Source: Centroscyllium fabricii (lineage: Eukaryota). Taken from it: a stretch of 64,000 bases of DNA. The notes beneath the pieces are model-generated. The model had not been told where the DNA came from and ran no database searches. It saw only the letters and a program-made list of their open reading frames with translations. A program made the translations under genes and the position numbers. The first letter of the stretch is position 1; every line of letters begins with the position of its first letter. Below, one piece after another: positions 1 through 12,598 of the stretch. Location: positions 930,001 through 994,000 of the forward strand of contig JBNRSN020000118.1 in the NCBI GenBank assembly GCA_051313645.2, in the 5' to 3' direction.

Positions 1-3000
1 GGAACTCGCCACAGAGTACCAGGAAATCTGCTGGAACTCGCCAGAGAGGACCAGGGAATCTGCTGGAACTCGCCACAGAGGACCAGGGAGTCTGCTGGAA
101 CTTGCCACAGAGGACCAGGAATCTGCTGGAACTTGCCACAGAGGACCAGGGAATCTGCTGGAACTCGCCACAGAGGACCAGGGAATCCGTTGGAACTTGC
201 CACAGAGGATCAGGGAATCTGCTGGAACTCGCCACAGAGGACCAGGGAATCTGCTAGAACTCACCACAGAGGACCAGGGAATCTGCTGGAACTCGCCACA
301 GACGACCAGGGAATCTGCTGGAACTCGCCACAGAGGACCAGGGAATCTGCTGGAACTCGCCACAGAGGACCAGAGAATCTGCTGGAACTCGCCACAGAGG
401 ACCAGGGAATCTGCTGGAACTCACCACAGAGGACCAGGGAATCTGCTGGAACTCGCCTCAGAGGACCAGGGAATCTGCTGGAACTCGCCACAGAGGACAA
501 GGGAGTCTGCTGGAACTCGCCACTGATGACCAGGAAATCTGCTGGAACTCGCCACAGAGGACCAGGGAATCTGCTGGAACTCACCACAGAGGACCAGGGA
601 AGCTGCTGGATCTCGCCACAGAGGACCAGGGAATCTGCTGGAACTCACCAGAGAGGACCAGGGAATCTGCTGGAACTCACCACAGAGGACCAGGGAATCT
701 GCTGGAACTCGCCACAGAGGACCAGGGAATCTGCTGGAACTCGCCACAGAGGACCAGGGAATCTGCTGGAACTCGCCACAGAGGACCAGGGAATCTGCTG
801 GGACTCGCCACAGAGGACCAGGGAATCTGCTGGAACACGCCACAGAGGACCAGGGAATCTGCTGGAACTCGCCACAGAGGACCAGGGAATCTGCTGGAAC
901 TCGCCACAGACGACCAGGGAGTCTGCTGGAACTCGCCACAGAGGACCAGGGTGTCTGCTGGAACTCGCCACAGAGGACCAGGGAATCTGCTGGAACTCAC
1001 CACAGAGGACCAGGGAATCTGCTGGAACTCACCAGAGAGGACCAGGGAATATGCTGTATCTCGCCACAGAGGACCAGGGAATCTGCTGGAACTCACCAGA
1101 GAGGACCAGGGAATCTGCTGGAACTCGCCACAGAGGACCAGGGAATCTGCTGCAACTCGCCACAGAGGACCAGGGAATCTGCTGGAACTCGCCACAGAGG
1201 ACCAGGGAGTCTGCTGGAACTCGCCACAGAGGACCAGGGAATCGGCTGGAACTCGCCACAGACGACCAGGGAATCTGCTGGATCTCGCCACAGAGGACCA
1301 GCGAACCTGCTGGAAATCGCCACAGAGGACCAGGGAATCTGCTGAAACTCGCCACAGAGGAACAGGGAATCTGCTGGAACTCGCCACAGAGGACCAGGGA
1401 ATCTGCTGGAACTCGCCACAGAGGACCAGGGAATCTGCTGGAACTCGCCACAGAGGACCAGGGAATCTGCTGGAACTCACCACAGAGGACCAGGGAATCT
1501 GCTGGAACTCACCACAGGGGACCAGGGAATCTGCTGGAACTCGCCACAGAGGACCAGGGAATCTGCTAGAATTCACCACAGAGGACCAGGGAATCTGCTG
1601 GAAGTTGCCACAGAGGACCAGGGAATCTACTGGAACTCACCAGAGAGGACCAGGTAATCTGCTGGAACTCACCAGAGAGGACCAGGGAATCTGCTGGAAC
1701 TCGCCACAGAGGACCAGGGAATCTGCTGGAACTCGCCACAGATGACCAGGGAGGCTGCTGGAACTCGCCACAGACGACCAGGGAAACTGCTGGAACTCGC
1801 CACAGAGGACCAGGGAATCTGCTGGAACTCACCACAGAGTACCAGGGAATCTGCTGGAACTCACCACAGAGGACCAGGGAATCTGCTAGAATTCACCACA
1901 GAGGACCAGGGAATCTGCTGGAAGTTGCCACAGAGGACCAGGGAATCTACTGGAACTCACCAGAGAGGACCAGGAAATCTGCTGGAACTCACCAGAGAGG
2001 ACCAGGGAATCTGCTGGAACTCGCCACAGAGGACCAGGGAATCTGCTGGAACTCGCCACAGATGACCAGGGAGGCTGCTGGAACTCGCCACAGACGACCA
2101 GGGAAACTGCTGGAACTCGCCACAGAGGACCAGGGAATCTGCTGGAACTCGCCACAGAGGACCAGGGAATCTGCTGGAAACCGCCACAGAGGACCAGGGA
2201 ATCTGCTGGAACTCGCCACAGAGGACCAGGTAATCTGCTCGAACTCGACACAGAGGACCAGGGAATCTGCTTGAACTCGCCACAGAGGACCAGTGAATCT
2301 GCTGGAACTCGCCACAGAGGACCAGGGAATCTGCTGGAACTCGCCACAGAGGACCAAGGAATCTGCTGGAACTCGCCACAGAGGACGTGGGAATCTGCTG
2401 GAATGCTCCACAGAGGACCAGGGAATCTGCTGGAACTCGCCACAGAGGACCAGGGAATCTGCTGGAACTCGCCACAGAGGACCAGGGAATCTGCTAGAAC
2501 TCACCACAGAGGACCAGGGAGTCTGCTGGAACTCGCCAAAGAGGACCAGGGAATCTGCTGGAACTCACCACAGACGACCAGGGAATCTGCTGGAACTCGC
2601 CAGAGAGGACCAGGGAATCTGCTGGAACTCGCCACAGAGTACCAGGAAATCTGCTGGAACTCGCCAGAGAGGACCAGGGAATCTGCTGGAACTCGCCACA
2701 GAGGACCAGGGAGTCTGCTGGAACTTGCCACAGAGGACCAGGAATCTGCTGGAACTTGCCACAGAGGACCAGGGAATCTGCTGGAACTCGCCACAGAGGA
2801 CCAGGGAATCCGTTGGAACTTGCCACAGAGGATCAGGGAATCTGCTGGAACTCGCCACAGAGGACCAGGGAATCTGCTAGAACTCACCACAGAGGACCAG
2901 GGAATCTGCTGGAACTCGCCACAGACGACCAGGGAATCTGCTGGAACTCGCCACAGAGGACCAGGGAATCTGCTGGAACTCGCCACAGAGGACCAGAGAA

Positions 3001-6000
3001 TCTGCTGGAACTCGCCACAGAGGACCAGGGAATCTGCTGGAACTCACCACAGAGGACCAGGGAATCTGCTGGAACTCGCCTCAGAGGACCAGGGAATCTG
3101 CTGGAACTCGCCACAGAGGACAAGGGAGTCTGCTGGAACTCGCCACTGATGACCAGGAAATTTGCTGGAACTCGCCACAGAGGACCAGGGAATCTGCTGG
3201 AACTCACCACAGAGGACTAGGGAAGCTGCTGGATCTCGCCACAGAGGACCAGGGAATCTGCTGGAACTCACCAGAGAGGACCAGGGAATCTGCTGGAACT
3301 CACCACAGAGGACCAGGGAATCTGCTGGAACTCGCCACAGAGGACCAGGGAATCTGCTGGAACTCGCCACAGAGGACCAGGGAATCTGCTGGAACTCGCC
3401 ACAGAGGACCAGGGAATCTGCTGGGACTCGCCACAGAGGACCAGGGAATCTGCTGGAACACGCCACAGAGGACCAGGGAATCTGCTGGAACTCGCCACAG
3501 AGGACCAGGGAATCTGCTGGAACTCGCCACAGACGACCAGGGAGTCTGCTGGAACTCGCCACAGAGGACCAGGGAGTCTGCTGGAACTCGCCACAGAGGA
3601 CCAGGGAATCTGCTGGAACTCACCACAGAGGACGAGGGAATCTGCTGGAATGCAACACAGAGGACCAGGGAATCTGCTGGAACTCGCCACAGAGGACCAG
3701 GGAATCTGCTGGAACTCGCCACAGAGGACCAGGGAATCTGCTAGAACTCACCACAGAGGACCAGGGAGTCTGCTGGAACTCGCCAAAGAGGACCAGGGAA
3801 TCTGCTGGAACTCACAACAGACGGCCAGGGAATCTGCTGGAACTCGCCAGAGAGGACCAGGGAATCTGCTGGAACTCGCCACAGAGTACCAGGGAATCTG
3901 CTGGAACTCGCCAGAGAGGACCAGGGAATCTGCTGGAACTCGCCACAGAGGACCAGGGAATCTGCTGGAACTTGCCACAGAGGACCAGGAATCTGCTGGA
4001 ACTTGCCACAGAGGACCAGGGAATCAGCTGGAACTCGCCACAGAGGACCAGGAAATCCGCTGGAACTCGCCACAGAGGTTCAGGGTATCTGCTGGAACTC
4101 GCCACAGAAGACCAGGGAATCTGCTAGAACTCACCACAGAGGACCAGGGAATCTGCTGGAACTCGCGACAGACGACCAGGGAATCCGCTGGAACTCGCCA
4201 CAGAGGACCAGGGAATCTGCTGGAACTCGCCACAGAGGACCAGGGAATCTGCTGGAACTCGCCACAGAGGACCAGGGAATCTGCTGGAACTCGCCACAGA
4301 GGACCAGGGAATCTGCTGGAACTCGCCACAGAGGACCAGGGAATCTGCTGGAACTCGCCACAGAGGACCAGGGAATCTGCTGGAACTTGCCACAGAGGAC
4401 CAGGGAGTCTGCTGGAACTCGGCACTGATGACCAGGGAATCTGCTGGAACTCGCCACAGAGGACCAGGGAATCTGCTGGAACTCACCACAGAGGACCAGG
4501 GAGTCTGCTGGAACGCGCCACTGATGACCAGGGAATCTGCTGGAACTCGCCACAGAGGACCAGGGAATCTGCTGGAACTGGCTACAGAGGACCAGGGAAT
4601 CTGCTGGAACTGGCCACAGAGGACCAGGGAATCTGCTGGAACTCACCACAGAGGACCAGGGAATCTGCTGGAACTCACCACAGGGGACCAGGGAATCTGC
4701 TGGAACTCGCCACAGAGGACCAGGGAATCTGCTGGAACTCGCCACTGACGACCAGGGAATCTGCTGGAACTCGCCACAGAGGACCAGGGAATCTGCTGGA
4801 ACTGGCCACAGACGGCCAGGGAATCTGCTGGAACTCGCCAGAGAGGACCAGGGAATCTGCTGGAACTCGCCACAGAGTACCAGGGAATCTGCTGGAACTC
4901 GCCAGAGAGGACCAGGGAATCTGCTGGAACTCGCCACAGAGGACCAGGGAATCTGCTGGAACTTGCCACAGAGGACCAGGAATCTGCTGGAACTCACCAC
5001 AGAGGACCAGGGAATCTGCTGGAACTCGCCTCAGAGGACCAGGGAATCTGCTGGAACTCGCCACAGAGGACAAGGGAGTCTGCTGGAACTCGCCACTGAT
5101 GACCAGGGAATCTGCTGGAACTCGCCACAGAGGACCAGGGAATCTGCTGGAACTCACCACAGAGGACCAGGGAGTCTGCTGGAACTCGCCACTGATTACC
5201 AGGGAATCTGCTGGAACTCGCCACAGAGGACCAGGGAATCTGCTGGAACTGGCTACAGAGGACCAGGGAATCTGCTGGAACTGGCCACAGAGGACCAGGA
5301 AATCTGCTGGAACTCGCCACAGAGGACCAGGGAATCTGCTGGAACTCGCCACAGGGGACCAGGGAATCTGCTGGAACTCGCCACAGAGGACCAGGGAATC
5401 TGCTGGAACTCGCCACTGATGACCAGGGAATCTGCTGGAACTCGCCAGAGAGGACCAGGGAATCTGCTGGAACTGGCCACAGAGGACCAGGGAATCTGCT
5501 GGAACTCACCACAGGGGACCAGGGAATCTGCTGGAACTCGCCACAGAGGACCAGGGAATCTGCTGGAACTCGCCACAGAGGACCAGGGAGTCTGCTGGAA
5601 CTCGGCACAGACGACCAGGGAATCTGCTGGAACTCGCTACAGAGGACCAGGGAATCTGCTGGAACTCACCTCAGAGGACCAGGGAATCTGCTGGAACTCG
5701 CCACAGAGGACCAGGGAATCTGCTGGAACTCGACACAGAGGACCAGGGAATCTGCTGGAACTCGCCACAGAGGACCAGGGAATCTGCTGGAATTCGCCAC
5801 AGAGGACGAGGGAATCTGCTGGAACTCGCCACAGAGGACGAGGGAATCTGCTGGAATGCACCACAGAGGACCAGGGAATCTGCTGGAACTCGCCACAGAG
5901 GACCAGGGAATCTGCTGGAACTCGCCACAGAGGACCAGGGAATCTGCTAGAACTCACCACAGAGGACCAGGGAGTCTGCTGGAACTCGCCAAAGAGGACC

Positions 6001-8773
6001 AGGGAATCTGCTGGAACTCACCACAGACGGCCAGGGAATCTGCTGGAACTCGCCAGAGAGGACCAGGGAATCTGCTGGAACTCACCACAGAGTACCAGGG
6101 AATCTGCTGGAACTCGCCAGAGAGGACCAGGGAATCTGCTGGAACTCGCCACAGAGGACCAGCGAATCTGCTGGAACTTGCCACAGAGGACCAGGAATCT
6201 GCTGGAACTTGCCACAGAGGACCAGGAAATCAGCTGGAACTCGCCACAGAGGACCAGGAAATCCGCTGGAACTCGCCACAGAGGATCAGGGAATCTGCTG
6301 GAACTCGCCACAGAAGACCAGGGAATCTGCTAGAACTCACCACAGAGGACCAGGGAATCTGCTGGAACTCGCCACAGACGACCAGGGAATCTGCTGGAAC
6401 TCGCCACAGAGGACCAGGGAATCTGCTGGAACTCGCCACAGAGGACCAGGGAATCTGCTGGAACTCGCCACAGAGGACCAGGGAATCTGCTGGAACTCGC
6501 CACAGAGGACCAGGGAATCTGCTGGAACTCACCACAGAGGACCAGGGAATCTGCTGGAACTCGCCACAGAGGACCAGGGAATCTGCTGGAACTCGCCACA
6601 GAGGACCAGGGAGTCTGCTGGAACTCGCCACTGATGACCAGGGAATCTGCTGGAACTCGCCACAGAGGACCAGGGAATCTGCTGGAACTCACCACAAAGG
6701 ACCAGGGAGTCTGCTGGAACTCGCCACTGATGACCAGGGAATCTGCTGGAACTCGCCACAGAGGACCAGGGAGTCTGCTGGAACTGGCTACAGAGGACCA
6801 GGGAATCTGCTGGAACTGGCCACAGAGGACCAGGGAATCTGCTGGAACTCACCACAGAGGACCAGGGAATCTGCTGGAACTCGCCACAGGGGACCAGGGA
6901 ATCTGCTGGAACTCGCCACAGAGGACCAGGGAATCTGCTGGAACTCGCCACTGACGACCAGGGAATCTGCTGGAACTCGCCACAGAGGACCAGGGAATCT
7001 GCTGGAACTGGCCACAGAGGACCAGGGAATCTGCTGGAACTCACCACAGAGGACCAGGGAATCTGCTGGAACTCGCCACAGAGGACCAGGGAATCTGCTG
7101 GAACTCGCTACAGAGGACCAGGGAGTCTGCTGGAACTCGCCACAGACAACCAGGGAATCTGCTGGAACTCGCTACAGAGGACCAGGGAATCTGCTGGAAC
7201 TCACCACAGAGGACCAGGGAATCTGCTGGAACTCACCACAGAGGACCAGGGTATCTGCTGGAACTCGACACAGAGGACCAGGGAATCTGCTGGAACTCAC
7301 CACAGAGGACCAGGGAATCTGCTGGAACTCGCCACAGAGGACCAGGGAATCTGCTGGAACTCGCCACAGAGGACGAGGGAATCTGCTGGAACTCGCCACA
7401 GAGGACCAGGGAATCTGCTGGAACTCGCCACAGACGACCATGGAATCTGCTGGAACTCGCCACAGAGGACCTGGGAATCTGTTGGAACTCACCACAGAGG
7501 ACCAGGGAATCTGCTGGATCTCACCACAGAGGACCAGGGAATCTGCTGGAACTCACCACAGAGGACCAGGAATCTGCTGGAAATTGCCACAGAGGACCAG
7601 GGAATCTGCTGGAACTCGCCACAGAGGACCAGGGAATCTGCTGGAACTTGCCACAGAGGACCTGGGAATCTGCTGGAACTCACCAAAGAGGACCAGGGAA
7701 TCTGCTGGAACTCACCACAGAGGACCAGGGAATCTGCTGGAACTTGCCACAGACGACCAGGAAATCTGCTGGAACTCGCCACAGAGGACCAGGGAATCTG
7801 CTGGAATTTGCCACAGAGGACCAGGGAATCTGCTGGAACTCGCCACAGAGGACCAGGGAATCTGCTGGAACTCGCCACAGAGGACCAGGGAGTCTGCTGG
7901 AACTCGCCACAGACGACCATGGTCTGCTGGAACTCGCCACAGAGGACCAGGGAATCTGCTGGAACTCGCCACAGAGGAACAGGGAATCTGCTGGAGCTCG
8001 CCACAGAGGACCAGGGAGTCTGCTGGAACTCGCCACAGATGACCAGAGAATCTGCTGGAACTCGCCACAGAGGACCAGGGAATCTGCTGGAACTCGCCAC
8101 AGAGGACCAGGGAAGCTGCTGGACCTCACCACAGAGGACCAGGGAATCTGCTGGAACTTGCCACAGAGGACCAGGGAATCTGCTGGAACTCGCCACAGAG
8201 GACCAGGGAGTCTGCTGGAACTCGCCACAGATGACCAGGGAATCTGCTGGAACTCGCCACAGAGGACCAGGGAATCTGCTGGAACTCGCCAGAGAGGACC
8301 AGGGAATCTGCTGGAACTCGCCACAGAGGACCATGGAGTCTGCTGGAACTCGCCACAGAGGACCAGGGAAGCTGCTGGATTTCGCCACAGAGGACCAGGG
8401 AATCTGCTGGATCTCGCCACAGAGCACCAGGGAATCTGCTGGAACTCGCCACAGAGGACCCGGGAATCTGCTGGAACTCGCCACAGAGGACCAGGGAATC
8501 TGCTGGAACTCGCCACAGAGGACCAGGGAATCTGCTGGAACTCACCAGAGAGGACCAGGGAATCTGCTGGAACTCGCCACAGAGGACCAGGGAATCTGCT
8601 GGATCTCACCACAGAGCACCAGGGAATCTGCTGGAACTCGCCACAGAGGACCAGCGAATCTGCTGGAACTCGCCACAGAGGACCAGGGAATCTGCTGGTA
8701 CTCACCAGAGAGGACCAGGGAATCTGCTGGAACTTGCCACAGAGGACCAGGGAATCTGCTGGAACTCGCCACA
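1..8773. repeat. Tandem array 1, 32-bp unit GGAACTCGCCACAGAGGACCAGGGAATCTGCT, about 274 copies, truncated by the window start
   Basis: Head-to-tail repetition read directly. Occasional 31-bp units (GACCAGGAATCT at about 118, 2740, 3988, 4980, 6193, 7569). The array ends abruptly at ...GGAACTCGCCACA 8773. Confidence 0.99.
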
Positions 8774-9068
8774 TCCCGCCGCTGCCCTTCCTCCTCCTGA
8801 TTTTATCTCTTCTTGGGCAGAATGCCTCAAGTTTCTTGGAACGATCAGCCAATGAAACTCTTTCTGTGTCAAATAAATTTACGTTTGGCATTGCCTGAAT
8901 CCAATCCTGACACTCGGTGAAACCCCAGCCCCGGCGGAGAATATGCTCATCATTATTTGATGTTGGGATTCCCGCCCAGTACAACCCAGGCGGAGAGTTA
9001 AAGCCAATCTCCCGGTTACTGCCAGAATTAGACCCTTCTGCTGGCTTTCATTTCGAAGACTGCAGTTG

Positions 9069-9173
9069 GGATTTGGACCTGGACCTGAATGTGAATTTGG
9101 ATCTACACCTGGATTTGGATCTGGACCTGCATTTGGATCTGGATCTAGAATCTAGATTCTAATCCTGATCTGG
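9069..9173. repeat. Degenerate hexamer repeat (GGATYT/GGACCT), left half
   Basis: Same hexamer motif as 11081-11268; the two halves flank the CR1 insertion. Confidence 0.8.
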
Positions 9174-9177
9174 TCTT

Positions 9178-11078
9178 AACATAGAAGATAGGAGTAGGCC
9201 ATTCGGCCCCTCAACCCTGCTCCAACATTCAATGAGATCATGGCTGATCATCCAAATTCAGTACACTGTCCCTGCCTTCTCCCCATATCCCTTGATCCCT
9301 TTAGTCTTAAGAAATATATCCAACTGCTTCTTGAATATATTTAATGAATTGGCCTCAACTGCCTTGTGTGATAGAGAATTCCACAGGTTCACCACTCTCT
9401 GGGTGAAGAAATTCCTCCTCATCTCTGTCCTAAATGGCTTACCCCTTATCCTTAGACTGTGACCCCTGGTTCTGGACTCCCCAGCCATCGAGAACATCCT
9501 TCCTGCATCTAGTCTGTTTAGCCCTGTTAGAATTTTATAAGTTTCAATGAGATCCCCTCTCATTCTTCTAAACTCCAGCGAGTATAAGCCCAATCAATGC
9601 AATCTTTCCTCATACATCATTCCTACCATCACAGGTATCAGTCTGGTGAATCTTTGCTGCACTCCCTCCATGGCAAGAACATCCTTCCTCAGATAAGGCA
9701 ACCAAAACTGCACACAATACCCAAGATGTGGCCTCACCAAGGCCCTGTACAACTGCAGCAAGACATCCTCGCTCCTGTACTCGAACCCTCTTGCTACGAA
9801 GGCCAACATAACATTTGCCTTCTTAACCACCTGCTGCACCTGCATGCTTACCTTCAGCGACTGGTGCACAAGGACACCCAGGTGTGGTTGCACTTCCCCT
9901 TCTCCCAATCTATTGCCATTCAGATAATAATCTGCTTTTCTGTTTTTGCCACCAAAGTGGATAACCTCGCATTTATCCACATTATACTGCATTTGCCATG
10001 CTTCTGCCCAATAACCCAACCCAACCCTAATCATACTGGAGTTTCTCGGCATCCTCCGCACAGCGCTCATGCCCACCCAGTTTTGTGCCGTCTGCAAACT
10101 TGGAGATATTACATCTAGTTCCCCCATCTAGATCATTAATATATATTGTGAATAGCTGGGGTCCAAGGACCGATCACCGCGGTACCCCACTAGTCACTGC
10201 CTGCCACTCGGAAAAAGACCCGTTTATTCCAACTCTTTGCTTCCTATCTTCCATCCAGTTCTCTATCCAAGTCAGTACCTTGCCCCCAATCCCATGTGCC
10301 TTAGCATTACACGCTAATCTCTTATGCGGGACCTTATCGAAAGCCTTCTGAAAGTCCAAATACACCACATCCACTGATTCTCACTTATCTATTCTACCAG
10401 TTACATCCTCAAAAAATTCCAGTACATTAGTCAGTAGTAGGGGCGGCACGGTGGCACAGTGATTAGCACTGTTGTCTCATAGCACTGGAGACCCAGGTTC
10501 AAATCCGGCCTTGGGTACTATCTGTGTGGAGTTTGCACATTCTCCCTGTGTCTGCGTGGGTTTCCTCCGGGTGCTCCGGTTTCCTCCCACAGTCCAAAGA
10601 TGTGCGGGTTAGGTTGATTGGCCATGATAAATTGACACTTAGTGTTAGGGTGATTGAATAGGTGGGGTTACGGGGATAGGGTGGGATATCTGTCGATGCA
10701 GACTCGATGGGGATCGAGGGATATGGGGACAAGGCAGGGACAGGGTACTGGGTTTGGATGATCAGCCATGATCTCATTGAATGGTGGAGCAGGCTCGAAG
10801 GGCCGAATGGCCTACTCCTGCTCCTAGTTTCTATGTTTCTATGTCAAGCACGATTTACCTTTTGTAAATCCATGTTGACTTTGTCCGATCCTGTCACTGT
10901 TTTCCAAGTGCTCTGCTATTACATCCTTTATAATGGACTCCAGCATTTTCCCCACTACCGATGTCAGGCTTACATCGTAATTCCCTGTTTTCTCTCTACC
11001 ACCTTTTTTAAATAATGGGGTAACATTAGCTACCCTCCAATCCACGGGAACTGTTCCAGAGTCCATAGAGTTTTGGAA
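9178..11078 (-). mobile_element. 5'-truncated CR1-clade LINE (HER1-like), degenerate ORF2 RT domain and 3' UTR
   Basis: Minus-strand peptides DSGTVPVDWRVANVTPLFKKG, DVVYLDFQKAFDKVPHKRL, ISKFADGTK, LGLYSLEFRRMRGDLIETYKIL and RNFFTQRVVNLWNSL. CR1 3' tail ...GAATGGCCTACTCC...TTCTATGTT at about 9178. Several frameshifts. Confidence 0.93.
10434..10842 (+). mobile_element. V-SINE (HE1-like) nested in the CR1
   Basis: tRNA-like head (GGTGGCACAGTGATTAGC...GGTTCAAATCC), V-domain (GTGGAGTTTGCACATTCTCC...GGTTTCCTCCGGGTGCTCCGGTTTCCTCCCACAGTCCAAAGA) and CR1-derived tail ending (TTTCTATG)n. Possible GTCA duplication at 10430-10433 and 10843-10846. Confidence 0.9.
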
Positions 11079-11080
11079 TT

Positions 11081-11268
11081 TCTAGATTTGGATTTGTATC
11101 CGGACCTGGAGCTGGATTTGGACCTGGAATTGGATTTGGACCTGGAGCTGAATCTGGAACTGGAGTTGGATTTGGACCTGGAGTTGGATCTGGATCAGGA
11201 CCTGGAGTTGGATCTGGACCTGGAGTTAGATCCAGATCGGGAGTTGGATCCGGATCGGGACCTGGAGC
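11081..11268. repeat. Degenerate hexamer repeat, right half; one minus frame is open as (PG/PD/PT/PN)n
   Basis: Read directly; the plus frame gives DLDLELD..., the minus frame PGPDPDPTP... Confidence 0.85.
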
Positions 11269-12105
11269 AGCGGCATTGCCGGACCAGGTAGGCTGTCACC
11301 CGGGAGACATCCCGCGGGCGTCAAGGTGAACAGTTGGTGCGGGCGAATCATTGGATTTCACACAGGTTACATGTTGCTCTCTGGGCCACACACTTAATAA
11401 TATTTCACCCATAAACTACTGTTACTGGTTTGGTTTCTACATTAAATATTACATTAGTTGAGTAGCTTTATAGAAGTCCGCCCAGATTGTAATTTGGGGG
11501 GATTGTTCATTAAATGAATAACCATTTCCTTGGGGAACACAGTTGGAGCTGGAGACAGGGAGGGGGTCAGAGTGAGCAGGTGCTGGGGAGGGAGCAGGCT
11601 CGGGGTCAGGGGGGCTCCTTACCGGCTGCAAGCTCAGGGGCTCCTTCCACGGGCTCTCATCGTGCCTCCGATCTCGGGGTGGGGGAAGAGTCTGAATGTG
11701 AAGGGGAAATAAAAAACCGTTCGAGCTGCAGTTTCCGCTGTTCAGCAGGACTCCGGCACCACATCCGCCCCCGGGCCAGTCTCTGTCACTCCAAGCTCTC
11801 CGCTTTGGTGAACTTCACTTCATGAATCGCTTCGGACTGGGGGTGCCAATCCTCCAGGAGTCTCCAGGAATTCATCTCCCGGACATTGCTGTAAGCAACC
11901 GCGAGAAAAATCACAGGAGGCATTACAACAACATCTTGCATTTATATAGTGTCTTTAACTTGGCAAAACCTCCCCAGGTACTGCACACGAGCATATTCAA
12001 ACAAATTTCAACACAGAGCCACATAAAGAGATATTGGGACTGATGACCAAAAGCTTGGTCAAAGAGGTAGGTTTTAAGGACCATCTTAAAGGAGGAGAGA
12101 GAGTT

Positions 12106-12598
12106 TAAAAAAAAATTCGTTTGGGATGTTGTAGGAATCTGTAGATCTAAAGAATCATGTCCACACAGAGGAACAGTAAACAGTAGGTCTTTACTCAAAG
12201 CAGTCGTTGATGAACCTGGCTGTACAATCCCGCGTCCAAATGTCATCACGTGGGTCTGCGTTTCCCGCGCTCTTAAAGGGGACACGCCCCATACATATGA
12301 AAGATACATTGACAGTTACATTTGTGCCTAACACCATGGTTGAATGTCCGAATGGTGTTAGGAGTCTGTTAGGGGGGATTATGTACATGGATATTATATA
12401 CAGCTATATACAATGGATGGTGGACCTGTCACAATGTGGGCATCACTGGCAAGGCCGGCATTTATTGCCCATCCCTAATTGCCCTTGCGAAGGTGGTGGT
12501 GAGCTGCCTTCTTGAACTGCTGCAGTCCGTGTGGTGAAGGTACTCCCACAATGCTGTTAGGGAGGGAGTTCTAGGATTTTGACCCAGTGACGATGAAG
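12106..12598 (-). mobile_element. 3'-end fragment of the LINE family also seen at 16925-17696
   Basis: 12437-12598 is the reverse complement of about 17508-17675; interrupted by a solo LTR. Confidence 0.75.
12130..12433 (-). mobile_element. Solo LTR, 304 bp
   Basis: TGT...ACA termini, 4-bp duplication ATGT (12126-12129 and 12434-12437), AGTAAA on the minus strand at about 12190. Removing it restores the host LINE tail GGGATGTGGGCATC. Confidence 0.7.

Larger units (their letters stand above)
8774..11660 (-). pseudogene. Candidate decayed two-exon gene encoding a Pro-rich (P-X)n repeat, interrupted by a CR1
   Basis: ATG at 11660 with A at -3, donor CG|GTAAGG at 11623/11622, acceptor CCCAG| at 11381/11380. 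The splice keeps frame: MRARGRSP*ACSREQHVTCVKSNDSPAPTVHLDARGMSPG*QPTWSGNAAAPGPDPDPTPDLDLTPGPDPTP... The repeat resumes beyond the CR1 at about 9173. No homologue recognised. Confidence 0.3.

Noticed and set aside
1-8773. CRISPR array, suggested by the 32-bp repeat length
   Set aside because: Units are contiguous with no unique spacers, there are no cas genes, and the context is vertebrate. The same applies to 39686-64000.
133-8898. Long ORFs (up to 728 aa) in array 1
   Set aside because: A stop-free 32-bp unit yields the same 32-aa cycle in every frame on both strands; variants and indels ignore codon structure.
10441-10510. tRNA gene (also 39038-39110)
   Set aside because: The A/B boxes belong to SINE heads that continue into a V-domain and LINE tail; there is no full cloverleaf.
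11081-11268. SR (RS-domain) splicing factor on the minus strand
   Set aside because: The RS frame is closed by TGA within the repeat and no RRM is nearby; the Pro-rich frame is the open one.
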